Source of the DNA: a virus
Lineage: Duplodnaviria > Caudoviricetes
Strand: one strand, 5' to 3'
IMG/VR virus record: IMGVR_UViG_3300046673_000164
Span: 426-64,425 of that record
DNA: 64,000 nucleotides
Below the pieces are notes generated by a model. The model had not been told where the DNA came from and did not search any database. It saw only the letters and a list, made by a program, of their open reading frames with translations. This document shows positions 26,801 to 35,234 of this stretch, one piece after another. Numbering within the stretch: the first letter of the stretch is position 1; every line of letters begins with the position of its first letter. The position numbers were made by a program, and so were the translations under genes.

Positions 26801-28255
26801 TTATATGCTGATCCTCCGTTTCGATCCAGCCTGCTGCCGACGATAGACGCCCGGTTTGCTGGCGCTGATATACTTGCCCTCAGCTGCATCCCTCGCGGCC
26901 TTCACGACCTCTGGGTTCGCCTTGCCGTTGCTGGAGGCGAACTGCAACACGTCCTTGAGCGAGCGGCCCATCTTCCAAGCCATCTCGCATATGTTGCGGA
27001 TGTCCGACCCACTCCAGTCCGTATCGTCCGGCTGCTTGTCCTTGGCGTCGATCTCGAACTTGCCCCGATGCAATTCCCACATCGCTGCCCGCTCCTCGTC
27101 GTCGGGCATATCGAACATCCACACTCCGTAGCGGAAGCGGCGGACCAACTCCGGCGGCACGTTCATCTTGTTCATGCTCGCCACAAAGAACACCTCGCGG
27201 CCGCCAATGGCGATCAGGGTCTTTACCACATTACGAACGTTGGCCTCGCTGCTGCCCACCAACCCCTCTTTCGTAGCGTTAATGTCGAACACCAGCGGCA
27301 ACCGATCAAAGGTGTTGGCCAGCGCCTTGCTGTAGAGGCTCTTGCCCGTACCGGGAGGGCCGAAGGCAATCTGCCCCGCCCAACCGTTGTCTTCCATCGC
27401 GGAGAGAAACACCTGAAGAGCGTCTTGGCTCGTTCCGCTCAAGTCTCCCTGCGAGCCAGCCATCGACTTTTCAAGCTCTTCGACCCGCACCACCACCGCC
27501 GGCGGATGGGGCCCGGTAAACAAAGCCTCGCCAAAATCCTTTGCGTTGCTCAACCCGCGAATGTCGTCGAACGTCTCGCTGCCCTCGTCGAAGGTCAGGC
27601 CCCGGCGCTCGATGGCCTTCCGCTTGCCCTGCCACAACTGGGCGATGTCCACTCCTTCTTTCGTCAGGGCCATTGCCAGCTCTTGCTCGGCGGAGAACGC
27701 TGACAAGCCACGGAGGGCTTGCACCACCCGCTCTAAGGTCGCCTTGTCCAGCTCACCAGCAGTCTCGACGGCGATCTCGCGCAGCCGGTCCTGGTCGGGC
27801 AGTGGCTCGTCGATCACCACCACGTCGCGGGCCAGCGGCTTCGGAAGCTGGTGGTCGGCGGCCAACAGAACGAGCATGCGCTGGTTCTGCTTGTATTCAT
27901 CCCGCAGATTCCAGCAGCCCTGCACAACGGGCAACCCACGGTCGAAGCATGCCTGCGAGTTGTGCCAAAACACCACGGTGCCGTCGGGATAGCTCTGAGC
28001 GGCGAGCAGGAAGGCTGCGGGGTCTCCCTCCGTGTCGGACGAGGCGTAGGTCAGTCCAGCCTCATTCACCGCGACCGTTCCGCGGCACACGTCCCACGCC
28101 AAAATCGGGGCATCTTCGTGGCCTTTGACGGTCGGCAGCACTTTGCCGATCTCTCGGATCGTCGAAGCCGGGTCGGGCGTGTTGATCGCCACCAGTGGCA
28201 CTCCGGCTCGGCAGGCCGCCCGGTACAAGTCCAGCCAGTTCTTTTGATTCTTCAT
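26801..28255 (-). CDS. Ycf46-like AAA ATPase
   Basis: WD...G N-domain, GPPGTGKS, VGSSEAN, PPELVRRF, SGSDI; likely start MKNQKN at 28255 (the track extension runs through a ribozyme). Confidence 0.8.
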   Translation of the reverse strand: MKNQKNWLDLYRAACRAGVPLVAINTPDPASTIREIGKVLPTVKGHEDAPILAWDVCRGTVAVNEAGLTYASSDTEGDPAAFLLAAQSYPDGTVVFWHNSQACFDRGLPVVQGCWNLRDEYKQNQRMLVLLAADHQLPKPLARDVVVIDEPLPDQDRLREIAVETAGELDKATLERVVQALRGLSAFSAEQELAMALTKEGVDIAQLWQGKRKAIERRGLTFDEGSETFDDIRGLSNAKDFGEALFTGPHPPAVVVRVEELEKSMAGSQGDLSGTSQDALQVFLSAMEDNGWAGQIAFGPPGTGKSLYSKALANTFDRLPLVFDINATKEGLVGSSEANVRNVVKTLIAIGGREVFFVASMNKMNVPPELVRRFRYGVWMFDMPDDEERAAMWELHRGKFEIDAKDKQPDDTDWSGSDIRNICEMAWKMGRSLKDVLQFASSNGKANPEVVKAARDAAEGKYISASKPGVYRRQQAGSKRRISI

Positions 28256-28276
28256 CACTTGGTCTCCGCCAGAGGA

Positions 28277-28335
28277 ACCTGCCTCGTCAGGAGCGGTAGG
28301 TAATCTCCGCTCGACGCCCCGAAGGGCGTTTCGGC
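28277..28335 (-). ncRNA. Hammerhead ribozyme, type II
   Basis: GCC-GAAA-CGCCC[TTCG]GGGCG-TC-GAGCGG[AGATTACCTA]CCGCTC-CTGACGA-GGC-AGGT; full core, GUC site, loop ACCT complementary to 3' AGGT. Confidence 0.92.
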
Positions 28336-28568
28336 TAGTGCTGATGAACGTGGCCGTCGTGGCAATGTTGCTCGAAAGCCTTTTGCATCGACGATCCCAA
28401 CTCCATCTTCGTTCGCTTGCGGCAGGTGGTCTCGCCACCCGCAAGCTCGTTGATCCGCTTTATCAGCTTGTCGGCCGATAGGTGGTTCTGCCCGCTGATC
28501 CCGTCCGTGATTATGCTGATCGTTCCGTCCTCCAGAATCTCGATCTTGATTTCGTCTTGTTGGGCCAT
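28335..28568 (-). CDS. DUF2997-like small protein
   Basis: IKIEILEDGTISI.TDGISG motif; sits between DUF1257-like and Ycf46-like genes; His-rich C-terminus. Confidence 0.65.
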   Translation of the reverse strand: MAQQDEIKIEILEDGTISIITDGISGQNHLSADKLIKRINELAGGETTCRKRTKMELGSSMQKAFEQHCHDGHVHQH

Positions 28569-28569
28569 C

Positions 28570-28881
28570 TCACCACCCTCCCTTCGCTGCGACCGCCTGG
28601 GTCTCGGTCTTCCACATTGGCTTCCAGTTCATCGCCTGGCAGGCCAACAAGACGGCCTGCTTGCTGTAGGAGCGTTTCAGGTCGTTGACTGTCCGCTGAT
28701 CCTTTGCGATCGCCTTACCAGCAGCCAAGTCGATCTTAATCACCCCCCGCATGTCGCTGAGGGTCACGTTGTTGCCGAGCCGGGTGAATCGATAGCCCAG
28801 CTCGACGGCCGCCTTCTCCAATAGGTCGACATGCTCGACCTCGAACGCGACCGACACGGTCTGTACTTGGTAACATGGCAT
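28570..28881 (-). CDS. DUF1257/Ycf35-like protein
   Basis: DLLEKAAVELGY...LKRSYS pattern; GGAGG RBS; start MPCYQV. Confidence 0.6.
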   Translation of the reverse strand: MPCYQVQTVSVAFEVEHVDLLEKAAVELGYRFTRLGNNVTLSDMRGVIKIDLAAGKAIAKDQRTVNDLKRSYSKQAVLLACQAMNWKPMWKTETQAVAAKGGW

Positions 28882-28900
28882 CACTTGGCCTCCAAGAGGA

Positions 28901-28959
28901 ACCTGCCTCATCAGCGCCGGTGGGCTAGGTCCGGCGGACGCCCCGCAGGGCGTTTCGGC
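28901..28959 (-). ncRNA. Hammerhead ribozyme, type II
   Basis: GCC-GAAA-CGCCC[TGCG]GGGCG-TC-CGCCGG[ACCTAGCCCA]CCGGCG-CTGATGA-GGC-AGGT. Confidence 0.93.
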
Positions 28960-29495
28960 TATTCACAATGGCTCTTGAGCGTCTTGGCCTGCGACGGAGT
29001 GATCGGAGCCGGCTCGCCCCGCTGCCCCTTTTTCCCGGCGAGCAACTGAATCTTGACCGTCGACATGCTCAGACCGTATTCGCCGGAAATGTCGGTGACG
29101 GCCGCGAAGGCGTCTTCCACATCCCAACCATTCTTTCCCATCCAACGGAGGACGGCAGTCACCGAGTAGTCAAACACCCTGGCCCGATGGACAATGCGGG
29201 GCGCCCGCTCTTTCTTCTCGGCCGGCGCGTCCTTATATTCCTCGGTTACCACCGCGCTGGTCGATCCGGAGCGCGCGTAGCCGTTGAAGCGATCCGCCTT
29301 AGCCAACGTCTCGTTGATTGCCTTCTGAAAGAGGCGGTCGGCGTGGGTCATCACCTCGACGGTCAGCTCAGCCGCATCAATTCGCTGTTCGGCCAAGATC
29401 GCTGCGTCCTCTTTGACGTGGTGTGGGTAGATTCCGTAGTGGTCGGCCAAGGCCGCAATCCGCACCGCCAACTCAGCTCTGATTTCGCTTTGCAT
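28959..29495 (-). CDS. Hypothetical early protein
   Basis: 178 aa, AAGGAGACC RBS; first gene after a sigma70-like promoter. Confidence 0.7.
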   Translation of the reverse strand: MQSEIRAELAVRIAALADHYGIYPHHVKEDAAILAEQRIDAAELTVEVMTHADRLFQKAINETLAKADRFNGYARSGSTSAVVTEEYKDAPAEKKERAPRIVHRARVFDYSVTAVLRWMGKNGWDVEDAFAAVTDISGEYGLSMSTVKIQLLAGKKGQRGEPAPITPSQAKTLKSHCE

Positions 29496-29855
29496 CGTAA
29501 GGTCTCCTTGTTCTCGCCTTGCGGGAAGTCCGCTCGGTCGAAGAGGCCGGGGCGGTCGCGAACCCGCCTTACGCTAACCGTCCTTGTAACTTGATTTGGT
29601 TTTATCTCCCTTCCCCCTATTCCCACCGCAGTGTGGCCACCGCGGCTGGTTTCGGTGTTGTTTGGGCCGGGTTGTCGGCCTCTAGGTTTTGGTTCCCCCT
29701 CCCCGACCCGATCTGCACCTGCCGCGTCATTGCGGCTTCCGGTGGATCGGGTCGGCTCAGTTTCGCCCCGCGTCTCATTTCCCCTTCATCGTTTCCCCCA
29801 CCTCTGGGGCCAGGTCGCGTTTTGGTTTGGTCTTGTCTTGTCCTCGTCTGCTTAT

Positions 29856-29884
29856 ATATTAGGGGTAATCGCCCAAAAGATCAA
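29856..29884 (-). promoter_or_regulatory. Sigma70-like early promoter
   Basis: TTGATC-17 nt-TAATAT on the minus strand in an AT-rich spacer. Confidence 0.6.
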
Positions 29885-30042
29885 TAGCAGCCCAGGAAAA
29901 ACCCAGCCTAGATTTTCGGATTCGGTCCGAACTCGTTACTAGATAAGCAGTTACGACGAAAAAATAGTTGGAAAATAACCGAGTTTTGGGGGCCAAAACA
30001 GGCGTCGGAAGGCCGATGGCCACCTGAAAAACGACTCTGTTT

Positions 30043-30408
30043 TCAGAGCGAAAGCCTTGTTTTCCCGGGCTTTTTTCGTGTTTTCAGCGTTTCCACCTCA
30101 GAATCCAGGGCGATTCTCGGCTGCTTTCTCTGCCGCAGCCCACCCCCGCCGTCCAGGCCGATCCGCTGGCGGGGCAGGTTAGATTGCGGCCGGACGGCCG
30201 GCTCGCTGGAATCCTGCCCGCAGTAGCCCTCGACCTTGCCCCGCAGAGAATAGCCGGCGCCTCCCCACTCGGAATAGACCCAAGGTTTAGTCGTCGGCAC
30301 AAAGCCCTGGACCAGCGCCAGCCGAACCGTCTCGCCAGCGGCATGCCCGACCACCCTCGGAATCGGATGTGATTCACTCCAATGCCAAATCCTAATATGA
30401 ACCCCCAT
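30043..30408 (-). CDS. Hypothetical protein
   Basis: AAGGAGACC RBS as in neighbouring genes; TTTGTATAG motif upstream. Confidence 0.45.
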   Translation of the reverse strand: MGVHIRIWHWSESHPIPRVVGHAAGETVRLALVQGFVPTTKPWVYSEWGGAGYSLRGKVEGYCGQDSSEPAVRPQSNLPRQRIGLDGGGGLRQRKQPRIALDSEVETLKTRKKPGKTRLSL

Positions 30409-30439
30409 CGTCTCGGTCTCCTTCCCTCAGCTATACAAA

Positions 30440-31966
30440 CTACAACCGCTCCCGCCGCTTCTCCGCTAGGCTGGTCCGCCCGTCTACCAAAGCCTCGAAC
30501 AAGTCCTCCCCCTCCGCCAAGAAGTGTAGAATCTTCTGCTCGACCGTATTCTTCGCAAACAGATCGTAGATGAATACCCGCTTCGACTGACCCGGCCGGT
30601 GGCAGCGCTTCTCCGCCTGCCGCCGCACGATCGGGCTGACCGGCGACTCATAGAACGCGACGTATGGAGCGATCTGCAAGTTTAAGCCCTGTGCCCCGCT
30701 CTGACTATTAACAACAAACGCCCGGCACTTCGGGTCCAAGTTGAACCGCCGCAGCTCCTTGGCTTTGTCCTTCGTACCGGAGTAGAGGCGGGCAATGTTC
30801 CCTTTTCCCAGCGCCGCCTCGATTCGATCCCCCGACCATACGAACTCATTAAACACGACCACCTTCTCGTCCGGTGGCAGTTCGTCCAATAGCTCCAGTA
30901 GTGACTCTAGCTTCGGATTCTCCTCCAATGGCGAGGGCTGATGCTCGACCGACACGAAGCCGGAAGCGATCTGCCGCAACCGGACGAACACGCCCTTGAT
31001 GTCCAGCATACCTTCCTTTCCATGCTGGCATTGCTCCAAGATCGCAGAATAGTACTCCCACGCCTCGTCCGGCATGACAAACGGCCGCTCGACGTGGACC
31101 AGCTCCGGCAAGTCTAGGCATTCCTCGCTGCTGTAGCGAATGCTGCTATGGTTCATCATCCGCTTAAGCTGCGGCTCCCGCTTCTTGTGGAAAGTATACT
31201 CGACGCCCCCGAACCATCCTTCCTTGCTGGTGAAGAAGGCTTCACGGAACGGGCCGAGGGTCTGCCCCAGCGCCTCGCCACGGTCGACGCAGTAGAACTG
31301 CGACCATAGCACCTGCGGATCGCGGCCCAGTGGCGTCCCGGTCAGGCCCAGCCGCCAGCGGAAGTTTTTGGACAGCTGCGAAGCGATGCGGAAGTTCAAA
31401 GAGCGATGAGACATAAGAGCCTGGCACTCGTCCCACACAATCCCATCAAACAGCTTCTGCGCCTTCTTCAGCTTGGCCAGATCGATCCGCATTTTCTTCG
31501 CCGACTTCGTGCAGACGAGATGATACAAGCCGGCGTAGGTGCAGAGGCAAAGATCGGTCTCGTCGTCCCACGCCTCGGCCCGTTCCCGCTTGTCGCCCAT
31601 AATGTAGGACGCGGTCAGGTCGGGGGCGTGCTTGGCAATCTCCAGCCGCCAGCCCTCCAAGTTAACGACGTTCGGCACAAGCACAAGAACTCGATGAATA
31701 CGGCCAGCATGTTTTAGCCAACGAATCGAATCTAGAGCCGTCTTTGTCTTGCCCAATCCAAGATCAAACATAGAGAATAAGTGGGGACGCTGCACTGACA
31801 ATAAGAATCCCACCTTCTGATGCTTATGTGGCTGAGTAACAAACTTTGGCGGTGGGTCCAATTTACCCAATACACTATCAACCCTAGCAGCAGACCATCG
31901 CTTCGCCTTGCTCAAATCGCGGAGCGGCCGGCTAATGAAGTCATCTATGGCGCCCTTGAAGATCAC
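30440..31966 (-). CDS. SNF2-family helicase
   Basis: DLGLGKT, DECQ, LTGTP, GLNLQ, QAEKRCHRPGQ; GTGA-coupled start at 31966 preferred. Confidence 0.9.
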   Translation of the reverse strand: MIFKGAIDDFISRPLRDLSKAKRWSAARVDSVLGKLDPPPKFVTQPHKHQKVGFLLSVQRPHLFSMFDLGLGKTKTALDSIRWLKHAGRIHRVLVLVPNVVNLEGWRLEIAKHAPDLTASYIMGDKRERAEAWDDETDLCLCTYAGLYHLVCTKSAKKMRIDLAKLKKAQKLFDGIVWDECQALMSHRSLNFRIASQLSKNFRWRLGLTGTPLGRDPQVLWSQFYCVDRGEALGQTLGPFREAFFTSKEGWFGGVEYTFHKKREPQLKRMMNHSSIRYSSEECLDLPELVHVERPFVMPDEAWEYYSAILEQCQHGKEGMLDIKGVFVRLRQIASGFVSVEHQPSPLEENPKLESLLELLDELPPDEKVVVFNEFVWSGDRIEAALGKGNIARLYSGTKDKAKELRRFNLDPKCRAFVVNSQSGAQGLNLQIAPYVAFYESPVSPIVRRQAEKRCHRPGQSKRVFIYDLFAKNTVEQKILHFLAEGEDLFEALVDGRTSLAEKRRERL

Positions 31967-33390
31967 AGCATCTCCCTTCGCTTCACCGGACGCTCGGACA
32001 CATCCCCATCCTCGACCGCCTTCCAATAGCGGCCTGGCATCATCCTCGTAGAAGATATACAAAACTGCCCCGTCGCGTAGTTCTGAGAAATGAGCACCGT
32101 AAACCCCTTCTCCTCCCCGCGGGCCTTCATAACATGCAGCCTCGCCAGTCCCAACCGCCGCTCGGCCTCGGTCTGATTGTAGGAAAAAGCCACATCCGCC
32201 GTCGCTATCTTGCTGTAGTCCTCCGCCACGTCCTTCTCAGTTATCAACTTCTTTCCCAGCGCCATACGGTTTGTCTGGCTCACCACCGCCACGGCCATCT
32301 GCCGGCTGATCGCCAGCCCACGCAGCTCCTGAAATATCTTGCCCAGCGAAATGCGGTGCTCGCTGCGATCCCCGACATGCATAAGGTCGGGATAGTCAAG
32401 CAGCATCAACTTCGGCTTGAACCGGCTCTGCGATTCCAGCGCGTCCAGATAGGCGGTCAACTCACGAACGGTCAACGAGCCGGTGGGGAACTGCCGGATC
32501 ACCAACGGGCTGCGGCGCCTGAAGTTCGCGTGCTTCCCAGCCAACTTCTGGATCACGTCCGCATCAGACAACGACCCCACCTTCTCCAGGACCTCCGACG
32601 ATATACCAACGAAGCGGCCCTGCTCATCCTCCTCGAACACGCGGTTGACGATCCGCTCCCGCCGCTTGCTGACGGCGCAGAACGACTGGAGGAAGCGGCG
32701 GGCGACCTTCCGTTCGCCCATCTCCAGAGTAACATACAAGGTCGAAGCGTGGGCGATCGTCACCGCGGCCTTGCCGAGCTGGTTCAACCACCAGCTTTTC
32801 CCATAGTTGCTCGGGGCGATCAGTAGGTTCAGCTCGCCGACGGCCGGTCCCAACTCCTTCTCGTCCAACTCCTTGATCCCTGTCGGCAAAGCCTCGACCT
32901 CGTCATGCGTCAGGTCGGACGGCGGAGTCTCAGAAAAGACGAGGCCGGAGTGGAACAGCCTCAGCCCCTCCTTCATCGACTCCTGAACCGTAGCCTGCGC
33001 ATCATCCAGCTTGCCCTGCTCCAGCAGCCCGACCGCTTCGACGATGCCCTTACGGAACCGCTGCTCGCGGACGAAGCCCTCTGCCTGCCCCAGGACGTAC
33101 TTCGGGTTGATGTTCTCCCGGCACTCTTGGATCGACTCGAAGAGGCGGCGGCTAAGTTCGGCCTTCTTCGGGTCGGCCAACTCGACAGCCGCAAATATGT
33201 CGAGGGCATGCTCGCCGGGCGGTTCATTGAACTGTCGCCAGTAATTGACCGCTTCGGAAGCGATCCGTCGGTAGGGTCCATCGTAGCACTCAATGGGAAC
33301 TAGCGAACATACTCTACCACCCTGCTCCCTGTCGTACAAAAGCAAGGCGATGAGAGATTCTTGGGTCAGGCCGGTCAGTGATCCCATCAT
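31963..33390 (-). CDS. dnaB: DnaB-like replicative helicase
   Basis: PTGIKELD, APSNYGKS, TLEM, LDYPDL, SQTNR, KAR. Confidence 0.88.
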   Translation of the reverse strand: MMGSLTGLTQESLIALLLYDREQGGRVCSLVPIECYDGPYRRIASEAVNYWRQFNEPPGEHALDIFAAVELADPKKAELSRRLFESIQECRENINPKYVLGQAEGFVREQRFRKGIVEAVGLLEQGKLDDAQATVQESMKEGLRLFHSGLVFSETPPSDLTHDEVEALPTGIKELDEKELGPAVGELNLLIAPSNYGKSWWLNQLGKAAVTIAHASTLYVTLEMGERKVARRFLQSFCAVSKRRERIVNRVFEEDEQGRFVGISSEVLEKVGSLSDADVIQKLAGKHANFRRRSPLVIRQFPTGSLTVRELTAYLDALESQSRFKPKLMLLDYPDLMHVGDRSEHRISLGKIFQELRGLAISRQMAVAVVSQTNRMALGKKLITEKDVAEDYSKIATADVAFSYNQTEAERRLGLARLHVMKARGEEKGFTVLISQNYATGQFCISSTRMMPGRYWKAVEDGDVSERPVKRREML

Positions 33391-33563
33391 CCGGCCTTCC
33401 GCCGCTTAGTCTTGCGGAAGGTCTCGACCCACTCCTTGGCCGGGCGGATCGGCTGGTTGGACGCCTCCATCAGCTGCTTGTACTGATAGTAGGCATACCA
33501 CTCCTCCGAGTTCATCTTCTTCGCCTTCGGCTTTGTCTTCGTTCTGGTTTGCAGTTCTTCCAC
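33387..33563 (-). CDS. Small hypothetical protein (58 aa)
   Basis: Read manually: GGAGGTG RBS, VEELQTRTK...; stop overlaps the dnaB start. Confidence 0.5.
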   Translation of the reverse strand: MEELQTRTKTKPKAKKMNSEEWYAYYQYKQLMEASNQPIRPAKEWVETFRKTKRRKAG

Positions 33564-33578
33564 GACGCACCTCCGAAG

Positions 33579-33785
33579 CTAGTCGTCGCCCACGGCCTTC
33601 GTCAGCACCTGGAGTCCATACCTTCCCAAGTACTCGTTGACCATTCTGTTGATCCGCTCCTCGTGATGGTTCAACCCATGCGAGAAGCTGTAGCCCAGCA
33701 GCTCGTAGTATCCGCTGACCGTCCTATCGATCAGCAACAGCCTCCACTCGGGAATCATCGCGTGGTATTTGACTTGTCCTTCCAT
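33579..33785 (-). CDS. Hypothetical protein
   Basis: MEGQVKYH...; G-rich RBS. Confidence 0.45.
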   Translation of the reverse strand: MEGQVKYHAMIPEWRLLLIDRTVSGYYELLGYSFSHGLNHHEERINRMVNEYLGRYGLQVLTKAVGDD

Positions 33786-34243
33786 CGCTTGTCCCTCCCC
33801 TCCCCCAAAGCTTCCGCCAAGCATCCGGCCTCCATATAGCCGGGATAGTATTCTTCCACCACCGACCATATACAACTAAGCCGGGCGCCGATCGCCAGCG
33901 GAGACAATCGAAGGCCTTGCGACTTGAGGTCGTCGACCACACATTGTGCCAACAGCAGCATAATCCGCAGCCTAGACGCCTTCCGCATCTGGCCAAAGTT
34001 CTCCTTAACAAAACTGACCAGCGTCTCGGCCCCATTCTTGAACCTGATGAACTGCTTACTCTTGCGTAGGACCGCGAGCGGCGGAAAACCGGCTCCAACA
34101 ATCCTGACCACGACGGAATAGACCTCTCCATCGACCCCGCGATCTGAAGACAAGATCGACAACCTTCCAGCCAGCGTCCGCTTCTCTTCATCCGTCAAGC
34201 CGTTTAGCTCGTGCAGGATCAGGGCGAGGGATTTTGCGCTCAT
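33755..34243 (-). CDS. Hypothetical protein
   Basis: 162 aa, coupled start. Confidence 0.6.
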   Translation of the reverse strand: MSAKSLALILHELNGLTDEEKRTLAGRLSILSSDRGVDGEVYSVVVRIVGAGFPPLAVLRKSKQFIRFKNGAETLVSFVKENFGQMRKASRLRIMLLLAQCVVDDLKSQGLRLSPLAIGARLSCIWSVVEEYYPGYMEAGCLAEALGEGRDKRWKDKSNTTR

Positions 34244-34470
34244 GGCTTCGGCTCCGACGCTTTCACGGCCTTTTGAATATTGTTGCGCTGCCTAGCCGAA
34301 ACAACCAGCCGTTCCAACGCCATCATGCGGGTTGTTCCATCTGCACTTTCAATTTCACCGTCCTCGTCGCGTTCTGCCATTACAGCCCAGTAGTATTTGT
34401 AGCAGTGGTAGATGGATCGCAGGCTCCACCCAAGGGACTTCAACTCCATTTCTACTTGCTTCACTGTCAT
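34240..34470 (-). CDS. Hypothetical protein
   Basis: 76 aa; ends VKASEPKP. Confidence 0.55.
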   Translation of the reverse strand: MTVKQVEMELKSLGWSLRSIYHCYKYYWAVMAERDEDGEIESADGTTRMMALERLVVSARQRNNIQKAVKASEPKP

Positions 34471-34793
34471 GGCTTCGGATCAGACGCTTTCACCACCTCG
34501 GCCAGCCGACGGCAATCGCCTACAGAAATGCTTTTATCGCACAACGCCCCCGGTGGATTCACGATCAACTGGTCCGGAATGTCGTCCGCGTACCACACAC
34601 CGCCCCACGGCTCTACCGCCTCCCGCAGTTTGGCAAGCCACTGACGTGCCGCGTCACGATCCTGCTCGGCGGTGGCAAGCTGTGATCGGAGGGAAACTAC
34701 CTCGTGAACCAGCAGTTTCGCCCCAATACAGAACCCACATTGGCAACGGTCTGGCTCCCTACTAACAACAATTAACGCTTCATCAATCATCAT
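34467..34793 (-). CDS. Hypothetical protein
   Basis: 108 aa; ends VKASDPKP. Confidence 0.55.
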   Translation of the reverse strand: MMIDEALIVVSREPDRCQCGFCIGAKLLVHEVVSLRSQLATAEQDRDAARQWLAKLREAVEPWGGVWYADDIPDQLIVNPPGALCDKSISVGDCRRLAEVVKASDPKP

Positions 34794-34820
34794 CCCTCGG
34801 CCCTCACTTTCTCGGCTGCT

Positions 34821-35234
34821 TTAGTCATAATCACGTTCATTAGTAGAAGCCTCAATCACCTGTTGCTCTAAGTCAGCGATGCGGTTGTTTAGCCGTCCAA
34901 TATCCGCGTCCTTGGCGGCAAGCAACCCGCGGTTGGCATCTGTGTCCAGACCGCGTACCAACGATTCCAACATCACTGCCTTCGCCTCAAGGCGGCACCT
35001 CCGTGGCGTCATTTTATTCTGCTCTTCTGCGATCAAAACGCTCACGGCCGCCATCGTGTCGTCGATTCGCTTTAGTAGCACCTCCAGCAGGCTCACGTCT
35101 TCCAACGCGGCTGTGATGGCGTCGGCCCGTTGCGTCAGTTCAAATCGTAACGACGGCACTGCCGTGCGATCATCAGACATGTTTTGGCAGTAGCTAACGT
35201 GCGCTAAGAGTAATTTGAATTGTTCTAATATCAT
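34821..35234 (-). CDS. Hypothetical coiled-coil protein
   Basis: MILEQFK...; ATGA-coupled start. Confidence 0.55.
   Translation of the reverse strand: MILEQFKLLLAHVSYCQNMSDDRTAVPSLRFELTQRADAITAALEDVSLLEVLLKRIDDTMAAVSVLIAEEQNKMTPRRCRLEAKAVMLESLVRGLDTDANRGLLAAKDADIGRLNNRIADLEQQVIEASTNERDYD

Noticed and set aside
28256-28444. N-terminal extension of the AAA ATPase in the ORF track (likewise 28882-28911 for the DUF1257-like gene)
   Set aside because: The extensions run through the hammerheads or the upstream gene; better RBS/ATG pairs lie at 28255 and 28881
29925-29960. Imperfect inverted repeat (AACTCGTT...AAGCAGTT) as a recombination or packaging site
   Set aside because: Single weak instance with no cognate recombinase; cannot be supported from sequence alone
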